Notes: generated from the sequence alone by a model not told the origin. Numbered from the stretch's first letter, positions 18,961 to 29,717 are shown. The stretch is DNA of 32,000 bases from Wolbachia endosymbiont of Cimex lectularius (GCF_000829315.1 NZ_AP013028.1:120001-152000); one strand, 5' to 3'. Made by a program: numbers and translations.

Positions 18961-19822
18961 AGAACCTGTTTAAAATCTTGGAAATGTGAGGTAAAGTAAG
19001 CATAGATTAATAATGAGGTGTCTATGCAGAAAAGTTATCCAAGTAATATAAGTCAAGAGCAGTTTGAAAAAATCAGGCCAATTTTGGAGAGTAGCAAGCA
19101 GAAAACAAAACCAAGAAAACTTGATTTGTATGACGTATTTTGTGGGGTGTTGTACGTCTTAAAAAGTGGTTGTCAGTGGAGGATGTTACCAAAGGGTTTT
19201 CCAAGATGGGAAAGCGTATATTACTATTTTCGAGTGTGGAGTAAAAAGAATGGAGAAGAGCCAAGCTTGTTGGAATTAGTCTTAAAAAAAATTAGTTGGA
19301 GAGGTCCGTATCAGCAATGGTCGGAAAGAGAAAACTAGCTTTTGTATAATTGATTCTCAAAGCGTTAAAAACGCAGATACTGCTGAAAAAAAAGGCTATG
19401 ATGCAGGTAAAAAGATTTCAGGGATAAAGCGCCATATTGCAGTTGATACACAAGGTTTGCCACATGCAATTTATGTAACAACGGCAGAAGCAACTGACCG
19501 TAGCAGTGCTGTGAAAATGGTCGAAAATGCTAAAGCAAACCTCTCTGAAGTTAAAAACATACTGGTTGATGCTGGCTACACAGGAGAAAATTTTGCAACA
19601 CAAATAAAAGCTATCATTGGTGCGACTGTTGAAGTAATAAAGCGAAGTGAGTTACACACTTTCGTCGTATTGCCAAAAAGATGGGTTGTTGAACGCTCTT
19701 TTGCCTGGTTAGAAAAGTACAGGCGATTGTGGAAAAATTGCGAGCGGAAGCTCAACACTAGCTTACAGATGATAGTCCTCTCCTTCATTTCTCTCCTGTT
19801 ACGAAGATTTTAAACAGGTTCT
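18961..19822 (+). mobile_element. IS5-family insertion sequence, copy 3 (862 bp, full length)
   Basis: Inverted repeats AGAACCTGTTTAAAATCTT/AAGATTTTAAACAGGTTCT; TAA flanks both ends; both ORFs intact. Confidence 0.95.
19018..19813 (+). CDS. IS5-family transposase, two overlapping frames (orfA 19018..19338; orfB ATG at 19457, frame open from ~19332), probably expressed by programmed frameshifting
   Basis: DDE transposase motifs across both frames; the same break is present in every copy, including those with no indels. Confidence 0.85.
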
Positions 19823-20080
19823 AAGGTCAACAACTTTATTTTCGCGCATTATTTATGGAATTTTTACTAAGAGAGTAGAGGTTTTAGGAAAATTAAAGAG
19901 CAAAAAAGGATGTAGATTAGAGGAGCTTTCTTATTGGTTCCTCACAAAACTTCATTTAAGCTTTATGATTCACACAGCTTACGTTTAGGCTCCTGGTCTT
20001 TTATAAATAATAATTTATTCTATGCAAAGTTATGATATAATTTTACCTTACATATGGTAAAGGGTGTTTTGTAGATAATT

Positions 20081-23000
20081 ATGATCAGTTCTATACAAGA
20101 GCCTAACGAATTGCGAAAACGTTTGCAGGGATTTTATCGTACTGATGAAAAAAGTTGTGTACGTTATCTTGTAGAAAAAGCAGAACTTTCGGCTGATTCG
20201 AAAAACAGAATTTACAATATTGCAAAACAAGTTGTCGAAAAAATTAAGGGCAATAAATTAGATATTATAGATTCTTTTATGCAGCAATATTCGCTTTCCA
20301 ATGACGAAGGAATAGCGCTGATGTGCCTTGCTGAATCACTACTTAGAATACCAGACGATTATACAATAGATGAACTAATCAAAGATAAAATTGCCAATCA
20401 AGAATGGAGTAAACATTTAGGACGCTCCTCTTCATTGTTTGTTAATGCTTCTACATGGAGTTTAATGATAGGCAGTAGTATATTAAGGACCAGTGAGGAA
20501 GATCCAAGATTTTATCACGCTATTTCTAGATTACTTAAAAATTTAGGGGAGCCAGTAATCCGCAAGGCAGTGAAACAAGCAATGTTAATGCTTGGTAAGC
20601 ACTTTATTGTTGGGGAAAATATAGAAGAAGCATTGGAAAGTGTAAAATCAGATGATCATGGCAAATTCTTATGCTCCTTTGATATGCTTGGTGAAGCTGC
20701 TCGTACAGCTGAGAATGCGGAAGAGTATTTTAATTCATATATGCATTCGATAAAAGCTATAGGTGAATCCACTGACACAAATGATTGCTTTAGGTCACAT
20801 GGAATTTCAATCAAGTTGTCTGCATTGCATCCACGTTATGAATTCTGCCAATTTGGTAATATAGCTGAAGAACTGAAAACTAAGGTACTGGAGCTTTGTC
20901 ATGAAGCAAAAAAGTACAATATTTCATTATGTATAGATGCAGAAGAGTCAGAAAGACTTGAGATGTCATTAGTTTTATTTGAGCAATTGCGTCTCGATGA
21001 ATCACTTTCCGAGTGGGAAGGGCTTGGCCTGGCTGTGCAAGCGTATCAAAAACGTGCTTTGTCTGTTCTCGATTTTGTTGAAGATGTTGCTATTCGTTCA
21101 AAACATAAGATCATGGTGAGGCTTGTGAAAGGAGCATACTGGGACTCAGAAATCAAGCACACACAAGAATTAGGGTTAAGTGGGTACCCAGTGTTTACTA
21201 GAAAAAGCTATACAGATGTATGCTACCTTGCCTGTGCACAGAAACTTTTAAGCAAAGCAAGTCACTTTTATCCATGCTTTGGAACTCACAACGCTTATAC
21301 TTTTGCTACTATAATAGAGCTTGCCGATAAAAATCACCCTGGGTTTGAGTTTCAGCGCTTACATGGAATGGGTAAGGGATTATATGATTATGTAATGTCA
21401 GAACTTGCAACAAGTATAAATTGCCGTATATATGCACCGGTTGGTAAACATAGTGACTTATTGCCATACCTTATTAGACGTCTTCTTGAAAATGGGGTTA
21501 ATAGTTCATTTGTCCATCAAATAAATGATTCCAACGTTAAAATTGAAGAGTTAGTTTTAGATCCATTGGAAAAAGCTAAAAGCTTAGAGTATGAACCTCA
21601 TCCAAGTATTCCATTGCCACAAGATATCTTTGGAGAGAAAAGGAAAAACTCCTTGGGGATGGATATTAGTGATTCAGTTACAGTTTCACAATTTGCAAAC
21701 GATATAAAAGAATTTAGTGAAAAGAAATGGCAGGTTGGGCCGATAATTGGCGGAGAGTCACTGTTTGACAGTACTGAATTTACCGAAGTGGTTAATCCAG
21801 CACATTTAGAAAACGTAATCGGAGAAGTGTTAAATACAACAAGTGATCAAGCTTTAAACGCTCTTGAAATAGCACATAGTGCTTTTGTTAAATGGCAGAA
21901 TGTTTCAGCAGAAGAGCGTGCTAAGTACCTTGAAAGAGCTGCCGATTTGCTTGAAGAAAGGATAGAAGAGCTAATTTATATTCTAATTGTGGAAGCAGGA
22001 AAGATTTTATCCGATGCGATAGCAGAAGTAAGGGAGGCAGTCGACTTCTTGCGCTATTATGCAATGATAGCAAAAAATGAACTGAATAACTGGAAAAGAT
22101 TGCCAGGTCCAACAGGTGAAGATAACTTTATCTTTTTTGAAGGCAGAGGGGTTTTTTTGTGCATATCACCGTGGAATTTTCCACTCGCTATCTTTATTGG
22201 ACAGATTGCAGCCGCACTTGCAGCAGGTAATTCAGTACTGGCAAAACCAGCAGAGCAAACGCCGATTATTGCTTGCGAAGCTGTTAAGATACTACACGAA
22301 GCTGGGATACCAAAAGATGTACTGCATCTTATTCCAGGAAACGGTCGGTATTTAGGTGAAACATTAATACCAGATAATAGAATTTCTGGTGTAGCTTTCA
22401 CTGGTTCAACACAGACCGCTCAAATAATTAATAGAATGCTTGCTAGCAGAGACGGCCCTATTGTGCCACTCATTGCTGAAACTGGTGGATTAAATGCTAT
22501 GATTGTTGACAGTTCTGCTCTCTTAGAGCAAGTGACTGTAGATGTTTTAATTTCTGCATTCCGTAGCACTGGTCAACGCTGTTCTGCACTTAGAGTATTG
22601 TTTATTCAAGAGGATATAGAAGAGAAACAGATAAAAATGATATGCGATGCAGTTCAAGAATTAAAGATTGGTGATCCAATACAACTTAGTACTGATATTG
22701 GTCCAATAATTGACAAAGCATCTATTGATATGCTGAATAAGTACACGGAGAAAATGTCAAGAGATAAGGATTCAAGCCTTTTATCCAAGGTACCCATGAA
22801 TACAAATTCTTATAATGGTTATTTCTTCCCTCCATATATTTATGAGATACAAAAAGTTTCGCAATTAAAGCAAGAAGTGTTTGGCCCAATTTTACATATT
22901 ATACGTTTTAATAAGTCGCAGTTAAATGAAGTTATAAGTGATATAAACGATACAGGATATGGGCTTACGTTCTCTTTGCAAAGCCGAATACAAAATCAGA

Positions 23001-23221
23001 TTGATTTGATAAGCAAGAAAATATCAGCTGGAAATGTGTACATCAATCGCAATCAGATAGGTGCAGCAGTTGGCGTACAACCGTTTGGCGGTAGGGGACT
23101 ATCCGGCACTGGACCAAAAGCTGGGGGACCTCATTATCTACAGCGTTTTTCTACAGAAAAAGTTGTAAGTGTCAACACTACAGCATTTGGCGGTAATACT
23201 ACGCTTATGTGCTTGGATTGA
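20081..23221 (+). CDS. putA: Bifunctional proline dehydrogenase / delta-1-pyrroline-5-carboxylate dehydrogenase
   Basis: 1046 aa; ProDH motifs (MVRLVKGAYWDSEIKHTQELGLSGYPVFTRKSYTDVCYLACA) and ALDH motifs (ISPWNFPLAIFIGQIAAALAAGNSVLAKPAEQTP, IAETGGLNAMIVDSSALLEQV, RSTGQRCSALRVLF). Confidence 0.96.
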   Translation: MISSIQEPNELRKRLQGFYRTDEKSCVRYLVEKAELSADSKNRIYNIAKQVVEKIKGNKLDIIDSFMQQYSLSNDEGIALMCLAESLLRIPDDYTIDELIKDKIANQEWSKHLGRSSSLFVNASTWSLMIGSSILRTSEEDPRFYHAISRLLKNLGEPVIRKAVKQAMLMLGKHFIVGENIEEALESVKSDDHGKFLCSFDMLGEAARTAENAEEYFNSYMHSIKAIGESTDTNDCFRSHGISIKLSALHPRYEFCQFGNIAEELKTKVLELCHEAKKYNISLCIDAEESERLEMSLVLFEQLRLDESLSEWEGLGLAVQAYQKRALSVLDFVEDVAIRSKHKIMVRLVKGAYWDSEIKHTQELGLSGYPVFTRKSYTDVCYLACAQKLLSKASHFYPCFGTHNAYTFATIIELADKNHPGFEFQRLHGMGKGLYDYVMSELATSINCRIYAPVGKHSDLLPYLIRRLLENGVNSSFVHQINDSNVKIEELVLDPLEKAKSLEYEPHPSIPLPQDIFGEKRKNSLGMDISDSVTVSQFANDIKEFSEKKWQVGPIIGGESLFDSTEFTEVVNPAHLENVIGEVLNTTSDQALNALEIAHSAFVKWQNVSAEERAKYLERAADLLEERIEELIYILIVEAGKILSDAIAEVREAVDFLRYYAMIAKNELNNWKRLPGPTGEDNFIFFEGRGVFLCISPWNFPLAIFIGQIAAALAAGNSVLAKPAEQTPIIACEAVKILHEAGIPKDVLHLIPGNGRYLGETLIPDNRISGVAFTGSTQTAQIINRMLASRDGPIVPLIAETGGLNAMIVDSSALLEQVTVDVLISAFRSTGQRCSALRVLFIQEDIEEKQIKMICDAVQELKIGDPIQLSTDIGPIIDKASIDMLNKYTEKMSRDKDSSLLSKVPMNTNSYNGYFFPPYIYEIQKVSQLKQEVFGPILHIIRFNKSQLNEVISDINDTGYGLTFSLQSRIQNQIDLISKKISAGNVYINRNQIGAAVGVQPFGGRGLSGTGPKAGGPHYLQRFSTEKVVSVNTTAFGGNTTLMCLD

Positions 23222-23568
23222 TTTGAAGGTATTTTTTTTTCTTTTAAAAATGTTAGATGTACAGTCCCAGAGTATGATGCGGGACTGAGCATGTTTCGCA
23301 GGGTATTCCTAATTCACTTTAGCTATATTTATTGTTTTTTAAGATTAAATAGTTAAAATAGTAGATAAATGCTAAAGTGAGGTTTAACTATGACAGCAAA
23401 CTTTTCAATAGAAACTAGTGTTTTACCTTTCCACCTATACTTCGATTACACATATAACATTTAGCTCAGTTTAAAAGTCTAATTCAATTTTAGTTGTCAG
23501 TTGAAGCAGAAAAAGCATCAATGCTGTCAACCAAGAAAGTACGTAGCTTTTAATATTGAGGGTTTGGT

Positions 23569-25662
23569 ATGAATAGCGAAAGACAAGAACAGTATGAAAC
23601 TTCACAAGTCAGCTATCTAAAAACTCGTAGCGTGAGTGTTGATAGTGGATTTGGCAATGAAGAAGTAATTAACAAAACAGATATTCAGACAGCATTAGAA
23701 AAAATAAAAAAAGGTAAGCGGAAATTTGAAAAGTGGCAAAAAAAAAGCTCTGTAGATATCAGGAATATAAGAGATGAGGAAGGAAGTAATATTTTACATC
23801 TTATTGCACGGCTGAAGAAGAAGCAAAAATGCAGGTCTTTGAATTTTCTGATAGAAAGAATTTCCGAAGAAGATTTAGCAAAACTTGTTGATAGTAAAAA
23901 TAAGGAAGAAAAAACCCCTCTTCAGGTGGCACTAATTGACAAGATAAAAAAAGGAAAACATGGTTCTCATACGGTCCAGAGTAACGATAACACGCTTAAG
24001 TTCCTTGTAACACTATTGGAACATGGGGCCAAGCCAGATCAGTTAGAATTGGAAACACTGCAAGGTTTAGATGAAAAGCAAAATGAATATTATCGTAAAT
24101 TTTTGGAGAAACTAGCAGAGTCAATGTCATAAATAGAAGCAAAAATTAAAGAAATTATACCATATACTGTAAATACTCCAGACAGTAGTGGTAATTACTT
24201 ATTACATTCAGCAATTAATAATTATGATAAAAAACGTTTCGAAGAACTATTGGAGAAAAGGGCGGACGTTAGCATTAAAGATGCAAATGGTAATAATGCT
24301 TTGCATTTAATTACAAAATTGAGGAAGAAACAAAAGCTAGAATTTTTAAATGCAATATTAAATATAAGCAAATGGAAAGGAAAAGAGCTACTTAAAGAAC
24401 AATTTATAAAAGCCGTAAATGACAAAAATGATAAAAGTGGTGATAGTAAAAATAGCAGCGGTCAAACGCCAATACAGAAATTGCTATTTAATAAAATAAC
24501 TAAGGGAGAGCATAGCTCTGAAAGTGTATCTGGAAAAATTGGAAAATTTCTTAAAAGGCCATTTACGGAATATGATGATCATACAATAGAAGCTGCTATA
24601 AAGTTGTTTGAGTTAGGAGCTAACATCAATGATTTGCAGTTATCCAAAGAAGAATTGCAGAACTTAGATAGAGAGCATGAGAGGTATTATCTTAAATTTC
24701 TAGAAAAATTAGCAGAGTCGATAAAGAAACCTGAATTAAAACAAGAGATAAAAACACAAATTAAAGAAATTATAGTACATACTATCAACACTCCAGATAG
24801 TAATGGTAATTATCTATTACATTCAGCAATTAATAATTATGATAAAGAACTTTTTAAAGAACTATTGCAAAAAGGAGCGAATGTTAGCCTTAAGGATGCA
24901 AATGGCGATAATGCCTTACACCGTATTGCTTTACTTAAAAAGAAGCACAAAATTACATATTTAAAGTCAATATTAGATTTAAAAGAAGAAGGAACAGTAC
25001 CTTCAAAGACATTGTGTGAGGCTGTAAACGCCAAAAATAATGATAACAGATATCCAGCACAGGTCGCATTAGTCAGACAAATAGAAAAGATACCTAGTAA
25101 GTTAAAGGACTTTTCTAAGTGGGTTAGACCAAGACCTACAAAACATTATTATACTGCTGAATTTTGTGCAATGTTATTACAAAATGGCGCTGAAAATAAA
25201 AGTGATCATATCACAATAGAAAAATACGACAATAAGAAATATTATCACACCAAAGAAAGAATCCAAGAGTTAACAGGTGTAAGCCCTAATCGGGAAGTAG
25301 ATGAAGCACTGAATCAGAGGTTTTCTAAGAATAAGAAACGCGGTAATAATATAGATCTCCCAGTAAGATGGATACTTGGGGGTTTAATTTTCGCAACAGT
25401 GTTTAGTGCTTTAGCAGGAAATATGATTGTTGCAGCTGCCTTATCGGTTACCATAGCAGTTTGTGCAATGTGTTACCCTGCTTATTTAAAATTAGAAAAT
25501 TTTCTTAATGATAGGAACTCGGAAACACAAAAACCATCAGATCAATCAAAACACACTGAAAGTCCTCCTAGTCCTAAAGTAGATAATGTACTAATACAGG
25601 TATTAAAGGATTGTCAGGAATTCAACAAGCAAATCAATACACCCTCTTCTCAGGAGCGATGA
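23569..25662 (+). pseudogene. Ankyrin-like repeat protein with C-terminal TM segments, split by one in-frame TAA (24130..24132)
   Basis: ORFs 23569..24132 and 24250..25662 share one frame. The intervening codons encode IEAKIKEIIPYTVNTPDSSGNYLLHSAINNYDKKRFEELLEKR, homologous to the internal KTQIKEIIVHTINTPDSNGNYLLHSAINNYDKELFKELLQKG. Confidence 0.8.
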
Positions 25663-27439
25663 AATCAATCTCATCACTCAGGGTTTTTTCGGCGACTTTT
25701 TTGTAATCAATTTTTACATTGGTTTTGCCTTTCTTTTCTTCGAGCCACGCTATAGTGTGTTTCATCCAGTCTTGATCATCACGCTCTGGGAAATCTTCAC
25801 GAGCATGGGCACCTCTGCTTTCTTTGCGATTGGCCGCACATTCCATAGTGATAACTGCTTGTGGAATCATGTTAGCAAGCTCCAGCGCTTCAACTAAATC
25901 ACTGTTCCATATCATACTGCGATCTTCAATAGCAATGTTAGGCATCATTTTTGCTACTTCTTTTATAGCTTTTTTACCTTCTTCTAAAACTTCAGCAACG
26001 CGGAACACAGATGCATATTTTTGCATAGTGTGCTGCATTTCGCTGCGTATTTTCGATACCCTTAGCTCTCCAGAAGCAAATCGCATTTTATTGAACCTAT
26101 CAACTACCCAGTCTGTGCAATCTGAGTGCAATTTTTTGTGCGGTGCATGAGGCTTTAGCTTCTCTTTCGCTCTGAGCGCTGCAGCTCTACCAAAAACTAC
26201 AAGGTCAAGGAGCGAGTTAGAGCCAAGTCGATTTGCACCGTGCACAGAAACGCACGCTGCCTCTCCAATTGCAAACAATCCTTCTACTACTTCTTCCTTA
26301 CCTTTCTTCAGCGTAATCACTTCTCCATGATAATTGGTTGGAATGCCACCCATGTTGTAGTGAACAGTTGGAATGACCGGTATTGGATCTTTAGTGACAT
26401 CAACCCCTGCAAAAGTCTTTGCAGTTTCGCTAATTCCTGGAAGTCTCAATTTTATTACTTCCGGATCAAGATGCGCTATAGTTAAATATATATGGTCTTT
26501 TTTCGAGCCAACGCCTCTGCCTTCTCTGATTTCAATTGTTATTGCCCGGCTTACCACATCACGAGAAGCCAAGTCTTTTGCTTTTGGTGCATAGCGTTCC
26601 ATAAACTTTTCGCCCTGAGAATTAACGAGATACCCGCCTTCGCCGCGACATCCTTCCGTCATCAAACATCCTGAACCATATATTCCTGTCGGATGAAATT
26701 GCACAAATTCCATGTCTTCAAGCGGTAATCCAGCTCTTACCACCATGCCATTACCATCGCCTGTACAGGTATGCGCACTCGTTGCAGAGAAGTAAACACG
26801 CCCATATCCACCTGTTGCTAGCACCACCGAATGTGCACGAAATCTATGCAGTGTGCCGTCGCACAGTGACCAGGCAAGAACTCCGCAGCATGCTCCCGTT
26901 TCGTTATCCATGATTAAGTCAATTACAAAGTACTCAACAAAAAATTCGGCGTTGAACTTAAGACACTGCTGATATAGAGTGTGAAGGATTGCGTGTCCAG
27001 TCTTATCTGCTGCTGCACAGGTGCGTTGCGCTGATTTTCCTTTACCAAAGTGAGTTGTCATTCCACCAAAGGCACGCTGGTATATTTTGCCATCTTCTGT
27101 ACGTGAAAAAGGTACGCCAAAGTTTTCAAGCTCAATGACAGCTTTAGCAGCGTTTTTACACATATATTCTATTGCATCTTGATCGCCAAGCCAGTCTGAA
27201 CCTTTTATTGTGTCATACGCATGCCAGCACCAATTGTCCTCAGCAATATTCCCTAAAGCCGCACTAATTCCTCCTTGTGCTGCAACCGTATGACTGCGTG
27301 TAGGGAAAATTTTAGAAATGCAAGCAGATGAAAAGTTAGTTGCAGCCATTCCAAGCGTTGCTCTGAGTCCTGCTCCACCTGCGCCCACTACCACTACATC
27401 ATACTCATGTTCTATGATTTCGTACGCTGATTTATCCAT
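25634..27439 (-). CDS. sdhA: Succinate dehydrogenase flavoprotein subunit
   Basis: 601 aa; [89 protein letters not shown]. Confidence 0.97.
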   Translation of the reverse strand: MDKSAYEIIEHEYDVVVVGAGGAGLRATLGMAATNFSSACISKIFPTRSHTVAAQGGISAALGNIAEDNWCWHAYDTIKGSDWLGDQDAIEYMCKNAAKAVIELENFGVPFSRTEDGKIYQRAFGGMTTHFGKGKSAQRTCAAADKTGHAILHTLYQQCLKFNAEFFVEYFVIDLIMDNETGACCGVLAWSLCDGTLHRFRAHSVVLATGGYGRVYFSATSAHTCTGDGNGMVVRAGLPLEDMEFVQFHPTGIYGSGCLMTEGCRGEGGYLVNSQGEKFMERYAPKAKDLASRDVVSRAITIEIREGRGVGSKKDHIYLTIAHLDPEVIKLRLPGISETAKTFAGVDVTKDPIPVIPTVHYNMGGIPTNYHGEVITLKKGKEEVVEGLFAIGEAACVSVHGANRLGSNSLLDLVVFGRAAALRAKEKLKPHAPHKKLHSDCTDWVVDRFNKMRFASGELRVSKIRSEMQHTMQKYASVFRVAEVLEEGKKAIKEVAKMMPNIAIEDRSMIWNSDLVEALELANMIPQAVITMECAANRKESRGAHAREDFPERDDQDWMKHTIAWLEEKKGKTNVKIDYKKVAEKTLSDEIDFIAPEKRVY

Positions 27440-27551
27440 ATTTGCTCATTTATGACCACAGGCTTATAATACCACAGAAGTGGAGAAAATCCATACAAGT
27501 TTTCTAGATACAATAAATTTCTCACATATTAAACCAGTTTTAGTATATACG

Positions 27552-28045
27552 AAAAAACTACTTGACAAGTTCCTCCAAACCCATTATCATAAGGTTGAAG
27601 CTATTATTTATCTTCAGTCTGTGCAGATTAAACGACAAAAAAACTTAGTATATCTGGCGTACCATGTTTAAATTTTTGCACTATGTGCATCTCACGTCTT
27701 TTTAAAACTTCTGGTTTTTTACCTATACAAGCTCAAATGCGCTTATAAGTCGTTTAAAACATAAAAAAATGCCAATATTATAGGATAGATAGTAAATAAC
27801 TAGCTACCGGGGTTTCTTTTGCCGTTTTCTCTGTTTAGTAAATCTTTTAAACGTTTGCAGCTAAGGTTAGTTGCATTAAAAAGCAGCTAAGTCGCATTCA
27901 TCAAGCGTTTAGAATAAAAAAAATGCCGATATTTCGACACAAAAGTAAATAATTAGCCACCACGGGGCTTCTTTTGCTTTTTTTCTCATTAGGTAAATTT
28001 CTTAATATTTATTGCTAATTGTAATTCATGAATTGGGTAGGAGGG
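27552..28045 (+). repeat. Dispersed promoter-bearing intergenic repeat, copy II
   Basis: AAAAAACTACTTGACAAGTTCCTCC...TATCAT, CTCACGTCTTTTTAAAACTTCTGG, TACAAGCTCAAATGCGCTTATAAGTCGTTTAA, and two modules of GTAAATAAYTAGCYACC..GGGGYTTCTTTTGC. Confidence 0.8.
27562..27590 (+). promoter_or_regulatory. Near-consensus sigma70 promoter (TTGACA-17 bp-TATCAT)
   Basis: TTGACA 27562..27567, TATCAT 27585..27590; aligned position to copies I and III. Confidence 0.5.
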
Positions 28046-28168
28046 TGTCATTCCAGCGCGTGACGATGGAATCTAGGAATTTGATTAGGTCGGTGAGTAT
28101 AAAAGTTATGTTAAAATGCGCCGTTCTTATGGAAAACTGGATCCCAGTGTCGGAGCACTGGGATGACA
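28046..28168. repeat. Intergenic palindromic element with an enlarged centre
   Basis: TGTCATTCCAGCGCGTGACGATGGAATCTAG ... CTGGATCCCAGTGTCGGAGCACTGGGATGACA. Confidence 0.7.
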
Positions 28169-28256
28169 AGAGAGGGTGGCACCTATTTCAACAGATAACG
28201 TTCGCACAAAATTTCAATCCCCTGCAAATTTTTAACCTAAATCAAGGAGGCATATT

Positions 28257-28553
28257 ATGTTAAACAACTTCAATTTCAAAGAATTTTTTCACCATTACGA
28301 AGCAGATAGTATGCCAGATGACATACAACAGTATCATATACTGTGGAAATCGGTAATAGGGCAGGCAGTAATTGATGCAACAAGCAGCTGTAAAAGAACA
28401 CAAAGCTTGGTAGAAAAACAGAAAGCAATTTCCTGGTTATCAGATTTTAGTCAAGATTTTGTGCACACATGTGTATTGGCTGATTATGACCCGGTATATG
28501 TAAAAAATAAAATACAGCCAATTCTAAAAAGCCATACTAAAAAAACCAGATAA
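28257..28553 (+). CDS. Hypothetical protein
   Basis: 98 aa ORF preceded by a GGAGG-like ribosome-binding site (AAGGAGGCATATTATG). Confidence 0.55.
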   Translation: MLNNFNFKEFFHHYEADSMPDDIQQYHILWKSVIGQAVIDATSSCKRTQSLVEKQKAISWLSDFSQDFVHTCVLADYDPVYVKNKIQPILKSHTKKTR

Positions 28554-28560
28554 AGCTTTG

Positions 28561-29154
28561 TTAGTGAGACTTGCTCCTTCCACCGAAAAAGATATCATTT
28601 AGTCTTTTATCTATGGTTTCCTCTATATCCTTGACTAACAGTTGCCTTATCATGGCCACTTTTCGCCTTTCTTGAGCATGGCGCTCATCATTGTAACCAT
28701 AATGACTGCTACTGCTATAGCTATTTTCGCTGCTATAGTTATAACTACTACCATTTGCTTTACTGCTGTAACTTGCTTTACTGCCCCTTTTGCCTTTGAT
28801 CATGAACCTGAGTATTTGCATTATTCTTTCCTTTAAAAAAGATTTCCAGCCGGTACTAAGAAGTAATCTATAGAGAAAATGCGGAGCAAGAAACGCTACT
28901 AATATTCTAAAATAAACTCCATAACTGAGGTCATCTTTGTTATCGTAATACCACTTGCAATATTCAAACAAATGATTAAATGCATTTTTGAAAGAGCCAA
29001 ATTCTACAGCATACCAAAAGCCATTGCTGAGAAACATGAACGTAACGCTGGATGCATAAAGATATATTATAAGGAGGAATAGCTTGACAACTATGTCCTT
29101 TAAGTTGCCCAGTATATAACTTAATAACCTTAATCTATAGAAAAGTGATATCAT
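28561..29154 (-). CDS. Hypothetical membrane protein with a Ser/Tyr-rich segment
   Basis: 197 aa; two hydrophobic segments and SKANGSSYNYSSENSYSSSSHYGYNDERHAQERRKVAMIRQLLVKDIEETIDKRL. Confidence 0.55.
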   Translation of the reverse strand: MISLFYRLRLLSYILGNLKDIVVKLFLLIIYLYASSVTFMFLSNGFWYAVEFGSFKNAFNHLFEYCKWYYDNKDDLSYGVYFRILVAFLAPHFLYRLLLSTGWKSFLKERIMQILRFMIKGKRGSKASYSSKANGSSYNYSSENSYSSSSHYGYNDERHAQERRKVAMIRQLLVKDIEETIDKRLNDIFFGGRSKSH

Positions 29155-29172
29155 TTCACACCCTCTTCAATA

Positions 29173-29247
29173 TGGCTGGGGTGGAAGGATTCGAACCTTC
29201 GCATGGCGGTATCAAAAACCGCTGCCTTACCGCTTGGCTACACCCCA
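29173..29247 (-). tRNA. tRNA-Gln (anticodon UUG), CCA encoded
   Basis: Reverse complement TGGGGTGTAGCCAAGCGGTAAGGCAGCGGTTTTTGATACCGCCATGCGAAGGTTCGAATCCTTCCACCCCAGCCA folds as a cloverleaf with a TTG anticodon. Confidence 0.95.
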
Positions 29248-29573
29248 ATACTGCTTACATCAATAACATTATTAACCCAATTAGTAAAAGACTTATTTGT
29301 CTTTTCTATAGGTATTATTACAACAGCAGGTTGATCATAAGAATGCATTGCTTCGATTTTTTCTACAACTTTATCAACTTGATCGTTTCTGCTTTTCATA
29401 ATTGCTACTATTTCACAACTACTATTAATTTTATCTTCCCATAAATAAAGAGAATTCACCTCGGGAAATATGTTTACACATGCAATTGATTTCTCATTTA
29501 ACAATTCTTCAGAAACAGTTTTAGCTTCCTTGAAACTTGCAAAAGTTGTATAAATCAAAACTAAACCACTCAT
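29238..29573 (-). CDS. cutA: Divalent-cation tolerance protein CutA
   Basis: 111 aa; LVLIYTTFASFKEAKTVSEELLNEKSIACVNIFPEVNSLYLWEDKINSSCEIVAIMKS. Confidence 0.9.
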   Translation of the reverse strand: MSGLVLIYTTFASFKEAKTVSEELLNEKSIACVNIFPEVNSLYLWEDKINSSCEIVAIMKSRNDQVDKVVEKIEAMHSYDQPAVVIIPIEKTNKSFTNWVNNVIDVSSIGV

Positions 29574-29637
29574 TAGAATCTACATAAACGCATTGCTACT
29601 ATACTTTACTTAGATTTATTCATCAAGAGAAAATAGA

Positions 29638-29666
29638 AAGGACGTTACTCAATGAGTAACGTCCTT
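29638..29666 (-). terminator. Perfect 13-bp stem hairpin followed by a T-rich tract on the minus strand; likely terminator of the upstream minus-strand gene
   Basis: AAGGACGTTACTC-AAT-GAGTAACGTCCTT; minus-strand continuation CTATTTTCTC. Confidence 0.6.
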
Positions 29667-29717
29667 GTGGGGAAGTGGTAGTTTTACTTATTACCTACTT
29701 TTGGAATTATACCTCTT

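Noticed and set aside
27480-27671. 63-aa ORF over repeat copy II
   Set aside because: The corresponding reading frame is not maintained in copies I and III, so it is more likely incidental.
28012-28263. 83-aa ORF over the palindromic element upstream of the 98-aa gene
   Set aside because: Mostly encoded by the palindromic repeat (ENWIPVSEHWDDKR), with no domain-like remainder.
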